Of a stretch of 64,000 nt of DNA, positions 1 to 11,778 are shown piece by piece. Made by a program: the position numbers and the translations under genes. Positions within the stretch are counted from its first letter, which is position 1. Each line of letters starts with the position of its first letter. The notes below the pieces were generated by a model. It made no database searches and was not told where the DNA came from. It saw only the letters and a program-made list of their open reading frames with translations. This DNA is from Psilocybe cubensis (lineage: Eukaryota), in the NCBI GenBank assembly GCA_017499595.2, contig CM038998.1, positions 2,976,001 through 3,040,000 on the forward strand, in the 5' to 3' direction.

Positions 1-2927
1 CTGCGGGAGAGTCTCCCAATCTTCGTCTCAAGATCGTCACGAGCATCGACGAATGCGGTGGCACGTTTGCGAATCGAATGCTGGATGAGCTGTTCGGCAG
101 CGGTCAACTGGGGTGGGCGCCTAGGGTTACCGAACATGCTGATTCTTTTGAGGAAGGAAGGCTTTTTGAACTAGAGCGGTAGGGTTGGTAACCTACTAAG
201 ATGTTTAAAGAATAATCGCACACCTTGTCTGCAAGGACACTGTCAAAGGCTTGAATAATGCGGGTCGAATGCCACCATTCGGGAGGTTTAATTTGGTCCG
301 CGACGGCAGCAGAGGACGCTCCACGCTTGGCTTGGATCTTACACACAGGCCTAAATCGTCCAGCTGGGAAAGCCTCTTTGAATTCACTGAGAACATAACA
401 ATTCAGTAAGAAGTAAAGGCTTGAACAATATGCCAATACCTAGGTACAGAATGATCAGGGTGATAGTGAGTGTCAAAAGCAGCAAGGAGTTTTTGTCTAT
501 ATTTCTCCCGTTGCTGTTTGGTAGACACCATGTTTGGTGGGGGCGAAGGGCAACTCCTATAAGTAAAGGAGAATTAGTTGTGAACATTTTAGTCATGCTC
601 TTTCAACCTACAAGTAGTTGATATCCCTATTACAGATCATCAGAAAATACTGCAAAATTTACAATACGCAAATTACACTTACAGGTCGCATATGCACACC
701 TCTGGAGCTGCTCTGACGCTATATCTTGCCTCCGTGGCGAGACCCATAATCCACGGGCCAGGGTCATCAATATAGATCTTTGCATCGCGAGAGTGGACGG
801 CAGGCAGAGCAATACCATTCCATCCACGCAGTTCCACGAGATATTTAATGGTACACACAGCAATCTGCCAAAAAATCAGAGCCATAAAACGTAAATGGTA
901 GTGAGTAACATACACCGAGCATAGCTGGATATCTGGAGAAGAAGATAACTCTTCCAGTGGGTGCCAGGGCGATCTAATAAACCCATTCAGATTGAACAGA
1001 AAATAAAATGATAAAATTGCGCTGCCGTAACTTACCTCACATACTGTTAGGATATTATCGATACTCAAACACTTGAAGAGAGGCCACATCGTGAAATTGA
1101 TGTCAACCAATCCTCGGCCGAAATCAAGTCCTCCAGGGAACCGAGCAACAACTTCCAAGTTGGAGTCGCTGCCATCATTCTTGGGACTGGCATCGAGCTT
1201 AATCAAATCTCCTGCGCGAGGTGCTGGGTGGGCAAGAATTTTGGATATTTGAAGGGTGTGAGATTGAACATCCTTTGAGAAGCGGGCCCATGATAGTGTC
1301 AGATAATCTCTCATTAAATCGTAGACAGGGTGGCGAGATACGAGAGCTAAAAATGGTAAACGGTAAACCTACAGGTGTAACCAAGGATAGGCGCGTTACT
1401 TACTGAGCGCATATGGAAGCCAGAAGACAGTGTCGCCTGGTAGGAATAAAGTGCTCTCACCAGGGCCGTGACCAATTGTGCTTGCGACTTCAAAGTCGCT
1501 CTCACTCATGGCACCGTCCGCCTCAGTTTCGCCGTCAGTCTCGACATCGGCCCAAGGTCCTCTGGAGTTTCTCTTGGCACTGCGTCGAGCTTGACTTGTG
1601 GGATCCTGAGTATCGCTCGCCGAACCTGATAAATCTGCCCTTAGATTTTTCAGGCGGGAGGCGACGGCAGATTGAGCAGATTCCTTTCGGGACCTCCCAG
1701 CTTCAAGGGTGCGTCGGATCGCGCTGCTGCGTTCGGCATCCGCGTGCGACCAGACGGTCAAGCAAACGCCGTAATACGCGATGGTATTGCTTGAAGATGG
1801 GTTTATATCACCAGCGTTGTTCCCAGAAACGCCTGCAGGGGCGCTGTGGGCGCCCCTTTCCAACAGGCTCGGAGGTCCGAGATAGGCGGATGATGGGCGG
1901 GCAAAGGGGTCGTCACTGTACGGATACGAAAAACTCGCAGCGGAAGAGCGATTGTCTGGATTTGCGAGAACGGAGGCGCGTAGCAGGTCGCCCGAAGGAG
2001 TGGGGGCGAGGGGTGTATTGGGTGCAGGTAGATTAAAAGTGAATGTGTGTATAGTGGATGCAGGTTGAAGAGTTGAAGCAATAACCTCAACTTCACGAGT
2101 GAACGAGAGCTATGAATGTCATGTATTCATGAATGTTCACTTCATTATATATGTCGACCACTCACTTTGAGGGCCTTTGACAGCATTTTGCCAACTTCCT
2201 GTTTGGTGAGCGCTCCAGCGCCCTTGGAAACTTCCTCACTTTTTCCGCGTTTCTTTTTCTTCCCCCCTCCAGCACCTGGACTGACGGTGCTTCCTAAAAC
2301 CTCTGGTCTCCACCAGCGGTTAACAGCGCTTTCGCTGTGGTGCAATCCCAGAACAGAATCGGGATCGGCGAGGGTCCATGTATGGGGTGATTTGGGCAGG
2401 CCAGATACGACATATAGAGATGTTAAAGGTAAAGTTGGTACAAAAGAAGCTACAGGGGGCGGATCGCGCAGTGAACGAGTGGATACGATTGAATTACGAG
2501 CGGAGGCGGGTATGGGCTCCATGCTTTTGCGATGTCTGATGCCCAGTATTCTTGAGGCCTTGTCTGGACGCGAAGCAAGGGCGTTAGGACTAGAGTCGGC
2601 GGTACTATTGACGGTGATGTAGTCGAGCTCGTCGGCAAGAGCGACGTCGAGTTCGACGGCGTCGGCAGATGCAGAGTTGGGTGGAGGAGAGAGATGGGTT
2701 GTGACAGAAACGTTAATGATCGGAGTAGCCGCTTCAGTGCCTGGGTTTCTGGCAGACCAGGCAGCGGCATCTTTTATGGGATCCATTCCTCGCTGCAACC
2801 CTAGCCTACCCTTTCTATTGCTCTCGAGCGACTGGTCTGAAAAGCGCGACTTGAGAATACGGTCTGGGGGTATAGGACTCGCTGTATGTGCTGTCGCAGG
2901 GAGAGTTGGGCTCCTGGCAGGCGGCAT
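1..2927 (-). CDS. DENN-domain protein (putative Rab GEF), 3' end outside window, multi-exon
   Basis: Exon ORFs 2145-2927, 1396-1863, 679-1314 and 104-436 join through GT-AG introns. Motifs YYGVCLTVWSHAD, FWLPYAL, DINFTMWPLFKCLSIDNILTVCE and IYIDDPGPWIMGL are uDENN/DENN-like. Confidence 0.75.
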
Positions 2928-4116
2928 GTCAGGTATTTACGAGATTCCAGTTAATTAATATGCAGAAGAACAGAGGAAATAGGAAGGAGGGTATACTGGG
3001 GACGGCGAGTAATAAAAAACAAGAAGGACGTTCAGAACATCGTTGACGCGAATTCTCACCCAGACTCAATATTTAAACAGTCCGCTTCACGAATCATGAG
3101 CTGGTGGATCTCCACTATAGAGCCCAAGGCACCCTGTGTGCCATTTCGGTACCCAGCCCAGACCACCCTTATTACCCGAAATTCTGGCACCCAGTCCCCG
3201 TCGTCCTCCTCGACACGACGGGCCACTTTGGCGACTGTATCTCGTCTCCAGCGATGTACATGTTCGCCATTGCTGTGGGCAACGACGACGAGCTACGCTC
3301 TGAACGCGATCACGTGTATGTCTGAATCGAGATCCGTGGGCTAAATATGGATTGCCATCAAAGCATTTCCCCTGATTCGGCCGTGGGAAGCTCCCGAACC
3401 TCCCACGCAAACCCCATATTCCAGTCTTCCAGAAAACTTAATCAGAGAAAAGCCTCAAAGAGCCCGCGCACACCACCTCCACCGTTTCAACATCCCCAAT
3501 CAGTTATTACCCACAAATTCAGACTTCACCCGCTAAGACTCAAAAGGCAGGAAAGCTCAAAATATCTTCCCCTTGACAACCTCCCGTTCGATCGAATTCT
3601 TATCAGCACGGCTCGCCGTCATTCGGACGTTTGTAGGTCCACGAAGGCATGGCACACGCCTTGCACATGGACGCATGGTCTGTCATACAGCTGCTATCGT
3701 TTCTGTCAAACGGAACCCAAATGATCTGCGCGTTCAGTTTTTACAGAACGGATGGGGTGCCCGCAAGTACAACTGCAGTCTAATATTAATGCCATAACAC
3801 CTATCTAAATTCAACCCTTGGGGCAGTCAATCCTTAGCTTCCAAGCGATGAGAAGGCCGACATTTATTTCTGCAGGATTCAAGAATGTTGATGGAAATTT
3901 TTTGTGTAATTCCGTAAGTCTATATGTCAGAATGTCCGAGTTCCAAGAACTGTACAGGTCCACATTATTGACTTTTTGACCCCTGTCCACGCGACTGGGC
4001 ATCCGCAAATGATGTTAGAAAACGATGTTAATAAAATAATTGAAAGAAACCAAGGGGAATAAATGCAATGCACTCTAATGTACGATGTAGGTTAAAAGTG
4101 AAAATCCGGTAAATGC

Positions 4117-6281
4117 TCAATCATCACTAGCTTCAAAGATATGCTTTAGCCACTTCCACCGTGTGCTAGCATTCCTGACACGCAGATCCTCCCTCCTCGA
4201 GTCTTCCCTCGTATGTTGAACGTTGGCGTCCCCGTCAGCAACAACAGAAGCAGCACTACCACCAACTGGTTCCCGAGTGACCTCACCCTCACTGACAGTC
4301 CGTCTACGGCCTTGCTCACGGGCCATTGCCTCTGACACCACATCAGCAAATGAGGTGCTTCCACCTCCACCCATAGCACTCGTTCTCCTTCGTCTTTCTA
4401 GCGGTGTAATGGTGAACCCAGGACTAAGTGGCGACAAGCCTATCTGGAATCCTGGACCCAAAGCAGAAACGCTTCCGAGAGGAGGGGAGGGCAGCCCATG
4501 GTGAGCATGCTGGTAGGACTGTGTGCGTGAATGACCATGTGCGTGTGGATGATGTATCGATGATGAAGAGGTGTTTATATCAGCCGTCGGTTTCCGCTTC
4601 GCTGGACGAGACGGTGTTCGTGGAGAAGGATACAGCTGTGTATCAACTATCGTTCGCTTGTCCGGTGTTGAGATAGAGCTTTGTGTTTTCCCAGGCAATG
4701 TAGACTCTGGGGATCCCATATCAATACCCAGTCCAACGAGCGATGGTTGTTGTATGTTCGGCAAGTACGACTCTGAACGCGTTTCTCGTTCCATCGGGAC
4801 AGGCCCAACACCTGGTTTAGGTGGTGGTGTGGTCTCAGTGGGTTGGTCGGACAGTGCGTGAACTTCAGATGCTTCATTATCTGCATCTGTGTAAGTAGGT
4901 TCTGAGTATAATGCTTCGTCCTCTCCAGTTAACTTGATGGTCTCTTCGACCCATGGACCAACATCGACACCTCCACCTCCGGACTGGATACTTACGACCC
5001 ATACTCCTCCTAGAAGAATAACAATCCCCAGCGCGACAAGGCCGAGATACAAAGGCCGTATTAAAGAAAATTGGTCGAAGTATACAAGACCATTGACAAT
5101 AGATGATAGATTATAGAAGCAAAAGGCAGCTGTAAGGGTCGTCAGAAAGTGTAAACGTAGATATACTTTGTTACTTACATGGACAGACCAATGTAGGATC
5201 GGCTAGAATAAGTGCTTTGTGTAGATACCACAACTGTAGCACAGCAAATATAATCAATCCAAGGACAAGGACCCAAGCCTCCCACCTCCAGAATTGATTG
5301 TTGCCTCCCAGTGTGAGCAATAGGAGCTCAACACCGCTTTTGGCGAACAGTAGGCACATTCCAGATATGATACCAGAAAATGAAGCATATGATATAGCCA
5401 CGAGCAGGCGTGTGCGGTTAATTGAGCGGCCAGTAAGGTCACTGTCATTCCGAGGTGAGTTGGATCGTGATGATTGTGATAGCGCTTTGGGGTCAACAAG
5501 TGGGGTGCGCTCATGAGATAAAAGATTATCGTCAACCGCTTCCGTTAGGCCTGTGGTAGTGTTGGTAGAATGTGTAGGCAGATGAATTGCAGACGACGGA
5601 GGGGAGAAATTGGTAGGAGAGTCCGGTACACTTTCAGCTTTTATTCTGCGAGAAATCGAGTACTCCGTGAGGTGGGTCTATGTCATATTTAAGAATGCAT
5701 GGATAATATCACGGTCATGGGCAAGACTCACGATGACAAGACAAATCAAAACCGTGACTCCCAGTACAGAGAAATATGCAATAAATGTTGGTCGTCGGAA
5801 CAGATGCAGGAGATCCTCGAGAGAGCGCGTTTGCTCTGGGACGATACCAAAGAATGCTATCAAAATAGCACCACCTGCAATTAAGATGGTGCCAAGGATC
5901 ATCCATGGTGAGAATACGTCTCCGAGGAGCAGACGGGCAAAGAAAGCGTTCCAGAGAAGTGATACTGCTCCCAGTGGTGCTAGGATCACTACAGGAAGAG
6001 AGGCGATTTGAACGAAGGAGCCAATTACGTTGGAAGATATGAATACGGCGAATCCGAGCAACCATAACCTGTGGTAGAGTTCGAAGACGTGAAAACAAGA
6101 CAAAATGGGAGAGAAGAGGCACACACGGTCTTCGATGCTCTACGCGCTGTCGGTGCTCGGGGAGTGACTGGTTGACAACATGGCTCTTTCGTTGAATAGT
6201 CAGCCCCAATGACTGAACGAAGGAAGCTAGGAGTCCAATAACAATGCCCAGTGGTATTGAGATGTGAGTGATGGTAAGCAT
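4117..6281 (-). CDS. NIPA-family (DMT superfamily) magnesium transporter-like membrane protein, multi-exon
   Basis: GIVIGLLASFVQSLGLTIQRKSH, LWLLGFAVFISSNVIGSFVQIASLPVVILAPLGAVSLLWNAFFA and QLWYLHKAL...PTLVCP match the NIPA pattern. First ATG at 6281, stop at 4117. Confidence 0.8.
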
Positions 6282-6640
6282 ATGAGCTGAAAGCCTAAGC
6301 CAGGCTATGTGAGAATATGTAGTAGGTAGCGCAGTTAGATCTTCATGGGAGCGAGCAACGTCGTCTTGCGAGCTGTACCAGTGCTGGATTGCCAAGTGCA
6401 ATGGACACTGGAGCAGGCCCAAAGGGGACAGACACGTGCGAATGGACGGCTGGCAGTTGCCGAGAGATGCCGTTGCCGTTGTTGTTGCCGTTGTCGTGTC
6501 GGCCCCGCTGCCGGACCAGCCCTCCGCCCTCCGCGCGGGGTCCAATTTGAAAAAGGCGTGATTAGGTCTGGGCTCACACTCATTCTATTTTGTTACACAC
6601 CTTCTTAATTGAGCTATGATGTCAGACACGCATCTTACCC

Positions 6641-6728
6641 AGAATATTCTCGACTGAGACTGAAACTAGTAGAACATACTCCAATCATCTCGCCCCTTCC
6701 TCACCTTGCCCTCCATTGTATATATAAG
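6641..6728 (+). promoter_or_regulatory. Heat-shock element (aGAAtaTTCtcGAc, 6641-6655) and TATA box (TATATATAAG, 6719-6728) upstream of HSP104
   Basis: Near-perfect nGAAnnTTCnnGAA array about 130 bp before the HSP104 ATG, TATA about 55 bp upstream. Confidence 0.7.
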
Positions 6729-6781
6729 ACGACGAGCATCTCGCCTAACATCAACTATTCTATCCTTTATAATCCTCCATC

Positions 6782-9700
6782 ATGACGAGTAATATGGAAT
6801 TCACCGATAAAACACAGCAAACGCTTGCTGAAGCTATTCAGCTTGCCAAAGATTATGCCAATGCTCAAGGTATGTCGTTTGTCCTTTTCGTTTCCGTCAA
6901 TCTACTAACATCGTTTTGTAGTCTATCCTGCTCATTTAGCCTTTGTGCTACTCAATGAGGGATCATCTTCAGAGCCTTCCATGCCTGGTGCCCCTCCATC
7001 TTCATCTAGTTCTGGCGCTCCACTATTCGCTTCTGTAGTGTCAAGAGCTGGTGGTGATCCAGTAAGCCATTTTCTTTTTGTTTATATTACCGAAAACTGA
7101 CTACGTTTGCAGGTTGGTGTAAAGCGCAGCGTGCAGAAATTGATAGTCCGACTTCCTACTCAAAGTCCTCCGCCAGATGAAACTTCACTGTCAGGTGCCT
7201 CTATGAAAGTCCTTCGCGAAGCCCATTCCCTACAGAAAACGATGCACGACTCCTACATTGCCCAGGATCATATTCTTCTTGCTTTGATCCACGATCCATC
7301 AATAGCAACTGTACTCAAAGAAAATAGCCTCACCGAAGCTGCCGTCAAGACAGCCATCGAACAAATTCGCGGCAACCGACGTGTAGACTCTAAAACTGCC
7401 GAGCAAGGCTTTGATGCTTTGCAGAAATATGCCGTGGATCTGACGGCTTTAGCTGAAGAGGGCAAGATTGATCCTGTTATTGGTCGCGATAACGAAATCC
7501 GACGTGCCATTCGTATTCTGTGCCGAAGGTGAGATTTGGTGTTTAACATTCAACCTTGGATGATGTCTGACTCTTATTCAACAGGACAAAGAATAACCCT
7601 GTACTCATTGGAGAACCTGGAGTCGGTAAAACTGCGATCGCCGAGGGGTTAGCCCAGCGAATCGTCAAGCGTGATGTACCAGCCAGTCTAATTGCCCGTC
7701 TATACTCTCTCGACATGGGTGCCCTCATGGCTGGCGCCAAATATAAGGGCGAGTACGAAGAACGAATCAAATCCGTCTTGAACGAAGTCGAAAAGGCGTC
7801 TGAAGATGGTGGTCCCGGAATCATTCTCTTCATCGACGAGCTTCATCTCATCATGGCTGGGAGAGGCGCAGAAGGTGGAGGCATGGATGCCGGCAATCTT
7901 TTCAAACCTCTTCTTGCCCGAGGAAAACTCAGATGTATCGGTGCGACCACCTTATCCGAATATCGCAAGTACATCGAAACCGATCCTGCCCTGGAACGTC
8001 GATTCGCTCAAGTCCTCGTGAACGAACCTACTGTGCCGGAGACGATTAGCATCCTTCGTGGAATTCGAGAAAAGTATGAAGTCCACCACGGTGTTCGCAT
8101 TCTCGATGGCGCTCTCATCACAGCAGCGACTTTGGCCCATCGTTATCTAACATCAAGGCGCCTTCCAGACTCGGCAATTGATCTTGTCGACGAAGCTTGT
8201 GCTAGGTATGTTTTTTCTGATAGGTTTATCCACATCGTGTGACTGACCTTTGTTTATAGTGTTCGTGTTACCCGCGAAACCGAACCGGAAGCCATCGACA
8301 AGCTGCAACGTAGAAAGCTCGAACTGGAGGTTGAGATTCATGCTCTCGAGCGTGAAAAGGACGCCGCCAGTAAAGAGAGGTTACAATTGGCTAAAAAGGC
8401 CATTGCGGACGTCGAAGAGCAACTTCAACCCCTCAAAGCGGCGTACGACAATGAGAAGAAGCGAGGAGATGAAATTAACCAAGTCAGGCGCAAGATGGAC
8501 GAGCTCAAGGCAAAGGTTGAAGAAGCTGAACGAAGGTATATTTTTTTTTCATCGTGGTCCACTTTGACCGAAATACTAATACATATTCCTACTATAGATA
8601 CGATCTTGCAACCGCATCTGATCTTCGCTACTATGCATTACCTGATCTTCAAGCTCGTCTCGAGAAGCTGGAAGCCAAAAAGGCCGCTGAGGACGCTGCA
8701 TCTGCTGGATCAGGAGCCGATACCGTTACCCCAGACCAAATTGCGGACATTGTCGCGAAATGGACCAATATACCTGTTACGCGTCTCGTAACTACAGAGA
8801 AAGAGAAGCTGCTTAGAATGGAGAAGGTCCTTTCCGATAGTGTTGTTGGCCAGCAGGATGCAGTCAAAGCAGTCGCAAACGCAGTCAGACTGTCTCGTAG
8901 TGGTTTGTCGAACCCAAACCGACCAGTTGCCAGTTTCCTAATGGCAGGCCCGTCGGGAACGGGTAAGACGCTTATGGCTAAAACGGTAAGGTTTTTTTGA
9001 GACTTCTGCCTTCTAGAGTGTACTAACTAGTTCGTCTCAGCTCGCCACTGTACTTTTCGACTCGCCAGATACTATGATCCGTATCGACGCCTCGGAATAC
9101 TCTGAGAAGCATTCAATTTCAAGACTTATCGGTTCTCCACCAGGATATGTTGGATACGACGCCGGCGGTCAACTGACGGAGTACATCCGCCGTAAACCTT
9201 ATTCCATCATACTCATTGACGAGATCGAAAAGGCGTGTCGCGAATTTGTCACGTTGTTCCTGCAAGTTTTGGATGACGGTCGCCTGACGGATGGTCAAGG
9301 TCGCGTTGTCGACATGCGCAACACTGTTATCATGATGACCTCTAACTTGGGTGCTGCGTATCTCAATGAGATGGGACAGGGACCTGTAGACACCAAAACA
9401 AGAACACTTGTTATGGGTGCAATCCAAGCGCACTTCCCACCGGAGTTCATCAATCGTATTGATGATATCGTTATTTTCGTAAGTGCTCCTCTGATGCTCG
9501 GAGTCTTATTTAACACAAGCTGACTATAATTCTTCTAGCGCGCACTCTCGCAGAAAGACATCCTCAAGATCGTTGATATCCGCCTCAAGGAAGTCAACGA
9601 CAGGTTGGCGGATCGCAAGATCGTGCTCGACGTTGACTCGGAGAGCAAAAACTACCTTATGTCTGTGGGCTATTCGACAGCATACGGTGCCCGACCCCTC

Positions 9701-9907
9701 AACAGGGCGATTCAGAGTGAACTTCTCAATCCATTGTCGGTACTCATTTTGTCTGGCCAAGTGCTTGACGGGGAGACCGTTCGTGTTCGCTTTGATGGGC
9801 CCCACAACCGCCTCACAATTTTGCCTAATCATGAGGGTACAGGCGTGGAGATGGATATCGATGACCTTGACTCAGAGGATGACATTCAAGTTGAAGAGAT
9901 GGATTAA
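6782..9907 (+). CDS. HSP104: Hsp104/ClpB AAA+ disaggregase, multi-exon
   Basis: Starts [29 protein letters not shown], Walker [16 protein letters not shown], second Walker [32 protein letters not shown]. Ends IQVEEMD*. Confidence 0.97.
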
Positions 9908-10198
9908 ATGTCATCGGTCGAAACCGGGGTTTTGAGGGCTGTGAAAGAGCAACAGTAATGTACTAAATGGACTAATAAACATTGTATAGTGTAGAATATC
10001 TGGAACTTTGTATCAATCATCTGTACTTATAACAATCCAATCACTGTATTACTAGCTAACAAAAGTTGAAGTTCAATGAGAAAGCCCATCGAATCAAATT
10101 GTGGAAATTGAATGAGGTTTGCCGACTGCCAAATTAGGAAATAGCCCAAAGCTGAGAGTTCCGCATCGTTGCGCAACTTTTGTTCATAACCATACATC

Positions 10199-11055
10199 AT
10201 GCTCGGCCGCCGTGCTCTTCCTCGATTCAACAATGCGCTGAAAACCCTATCGCGCAATGCATCGAGCTCGACAACACCCGCTGTAAAGTCTGCCGAGGCG
10301 TCCGTCAAGAAAGTCGCAGAGGCAGGACCCGTGACGCTCCAGCAAGCACCCAACTACCCCACCACCTGGTCGACCAACCAGGCTCCCCGTCCTGGACCTG
10401 GTTCGGGTCCTCGCTTTGAGCAAACTGCGATGGAATTTCAGCCTGCCCCACTGAGTGCGATGGAACTTATCGCGAAGGAGCCTATACGCCTGGTGCAGGG
10501 ACGAAAAGCGGTTTGCGACGGAGGTGTGTCTTCTTCCTCTTTCTCCTTGCGCGTTCCGATGTCTCTGTCTATGGACCGGAATTGGCTCGGAATTGAACCC
10601 GCTTGCTGACCTTCATGGCCTTGTTCTCTTCTCGGCAATTAGGAGGAGGACCCTTGGGTCATCCCAAAATCTACATCAACCTGGTAAGTCCACCCCCAAA
10701 CAAGATAGCTTCTATCCCGCGTGAATTCTCTCCGGTCATGCGTAAAGAACTATCCAGCAGCATACTGACCATATCAACCGACAGGATCAACCTGGTCCCC
10801 GTCCATGTGGGTATGTACACGCCTTTTGTCTTCTGCCTTCTTGGACCCAAGTGACTGAATGGTGCCTCACCTACCGGTGTTCTTTATCACCTGCAGATAT
10901 TGGTACGTGTCTTTTTTGTTTTTCGTCCCGTTTCGGCCTTTATAGGCGTCGGGGACGGTATGCATAAACGCTGGAACAGACGCTGACCTGGTTCACTTTA
11001 TTTTCAATTGCACAGCGGCATCCGGTTCGAACAGGATCCCCATCATCATCATTGA
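10199..11055 (+). CDS. NDUFS6: NADH:ubiquinone oxidoreductase 13 kDa-A zinc-binding subunit (zf-CHCC), 5 exons
   Basis: Exons 10199-10523, 10643-10683, 10785-10810, 10897-10902, 11016-11055 splice to [41 protein letters not shown]. Arg-rich mitochondrial presequence. Confidence 0.93.
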
Positions 11056-11778
11056 TAGACATCAGGCTGCGGGCTGTCCTTCGCACTCAATAGAATTATT
11101 AAACAACATAAAAAGACATCTTTCCATCCATTGTCTATTTGCAATATTTCAGGAAGTTAAGAATCCGCAAGACAGTCCCGCGAGAAACCCTGATAAGACT
11201 CGCTTCAACAAAGATGTCAGTTGTAATTGTATTGGGACTCTTCTTTCCCGTGCGCCCTACCATTCACCAATCATAGTAATGCTTAAAACTCAATGCATCG
11301 TGTCCAACGGTTTTTGATCCTTTTTGATTTTTGGATTATCCAGCCGACCCAGAATCCTTGGTTCTCGTCAAGGGCGGAAGGCATAAAAATACAAGTCTAC
11401 TACTATACGTAGCTTCCGGCTTTGGATAGTGCAACTAGCGAAGAGTAAAGTATGGTACGACGGTGGAGGGAGTGGTAAATAACAGATTAAGAATTGCGAA
11501 AACGGGTTGGTACCAAATGGTTCATTATATGTATGCCGCTGATACAACCTCCTGGGTAAAATTGAGATGAGAAGCCAGAGAAAATGAGTGGATGATGTGT
11601 TTGCCGTATGCAGAAGACAATGATGCTGGACAAGAACAAAAAACGAAAAAAAGAAAAACCGCAATAAAACGAAGAACGAAAAAGGACAAACAACGATACC
11701 GGAGAAAAATAAAATAAGTAAGACAGGAACAGAAGAAAAAAAAATAAATCAAGGGAGTGTGTCTAGCCACAGAAGAAC

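Noticed and set aside
3096..3797. Short ORFs (73-125 aa) between the DENN gene start and the NIPA 3' end
   Set aside because: No domain signature or convincing splice structure. Cannot be supported as genes.
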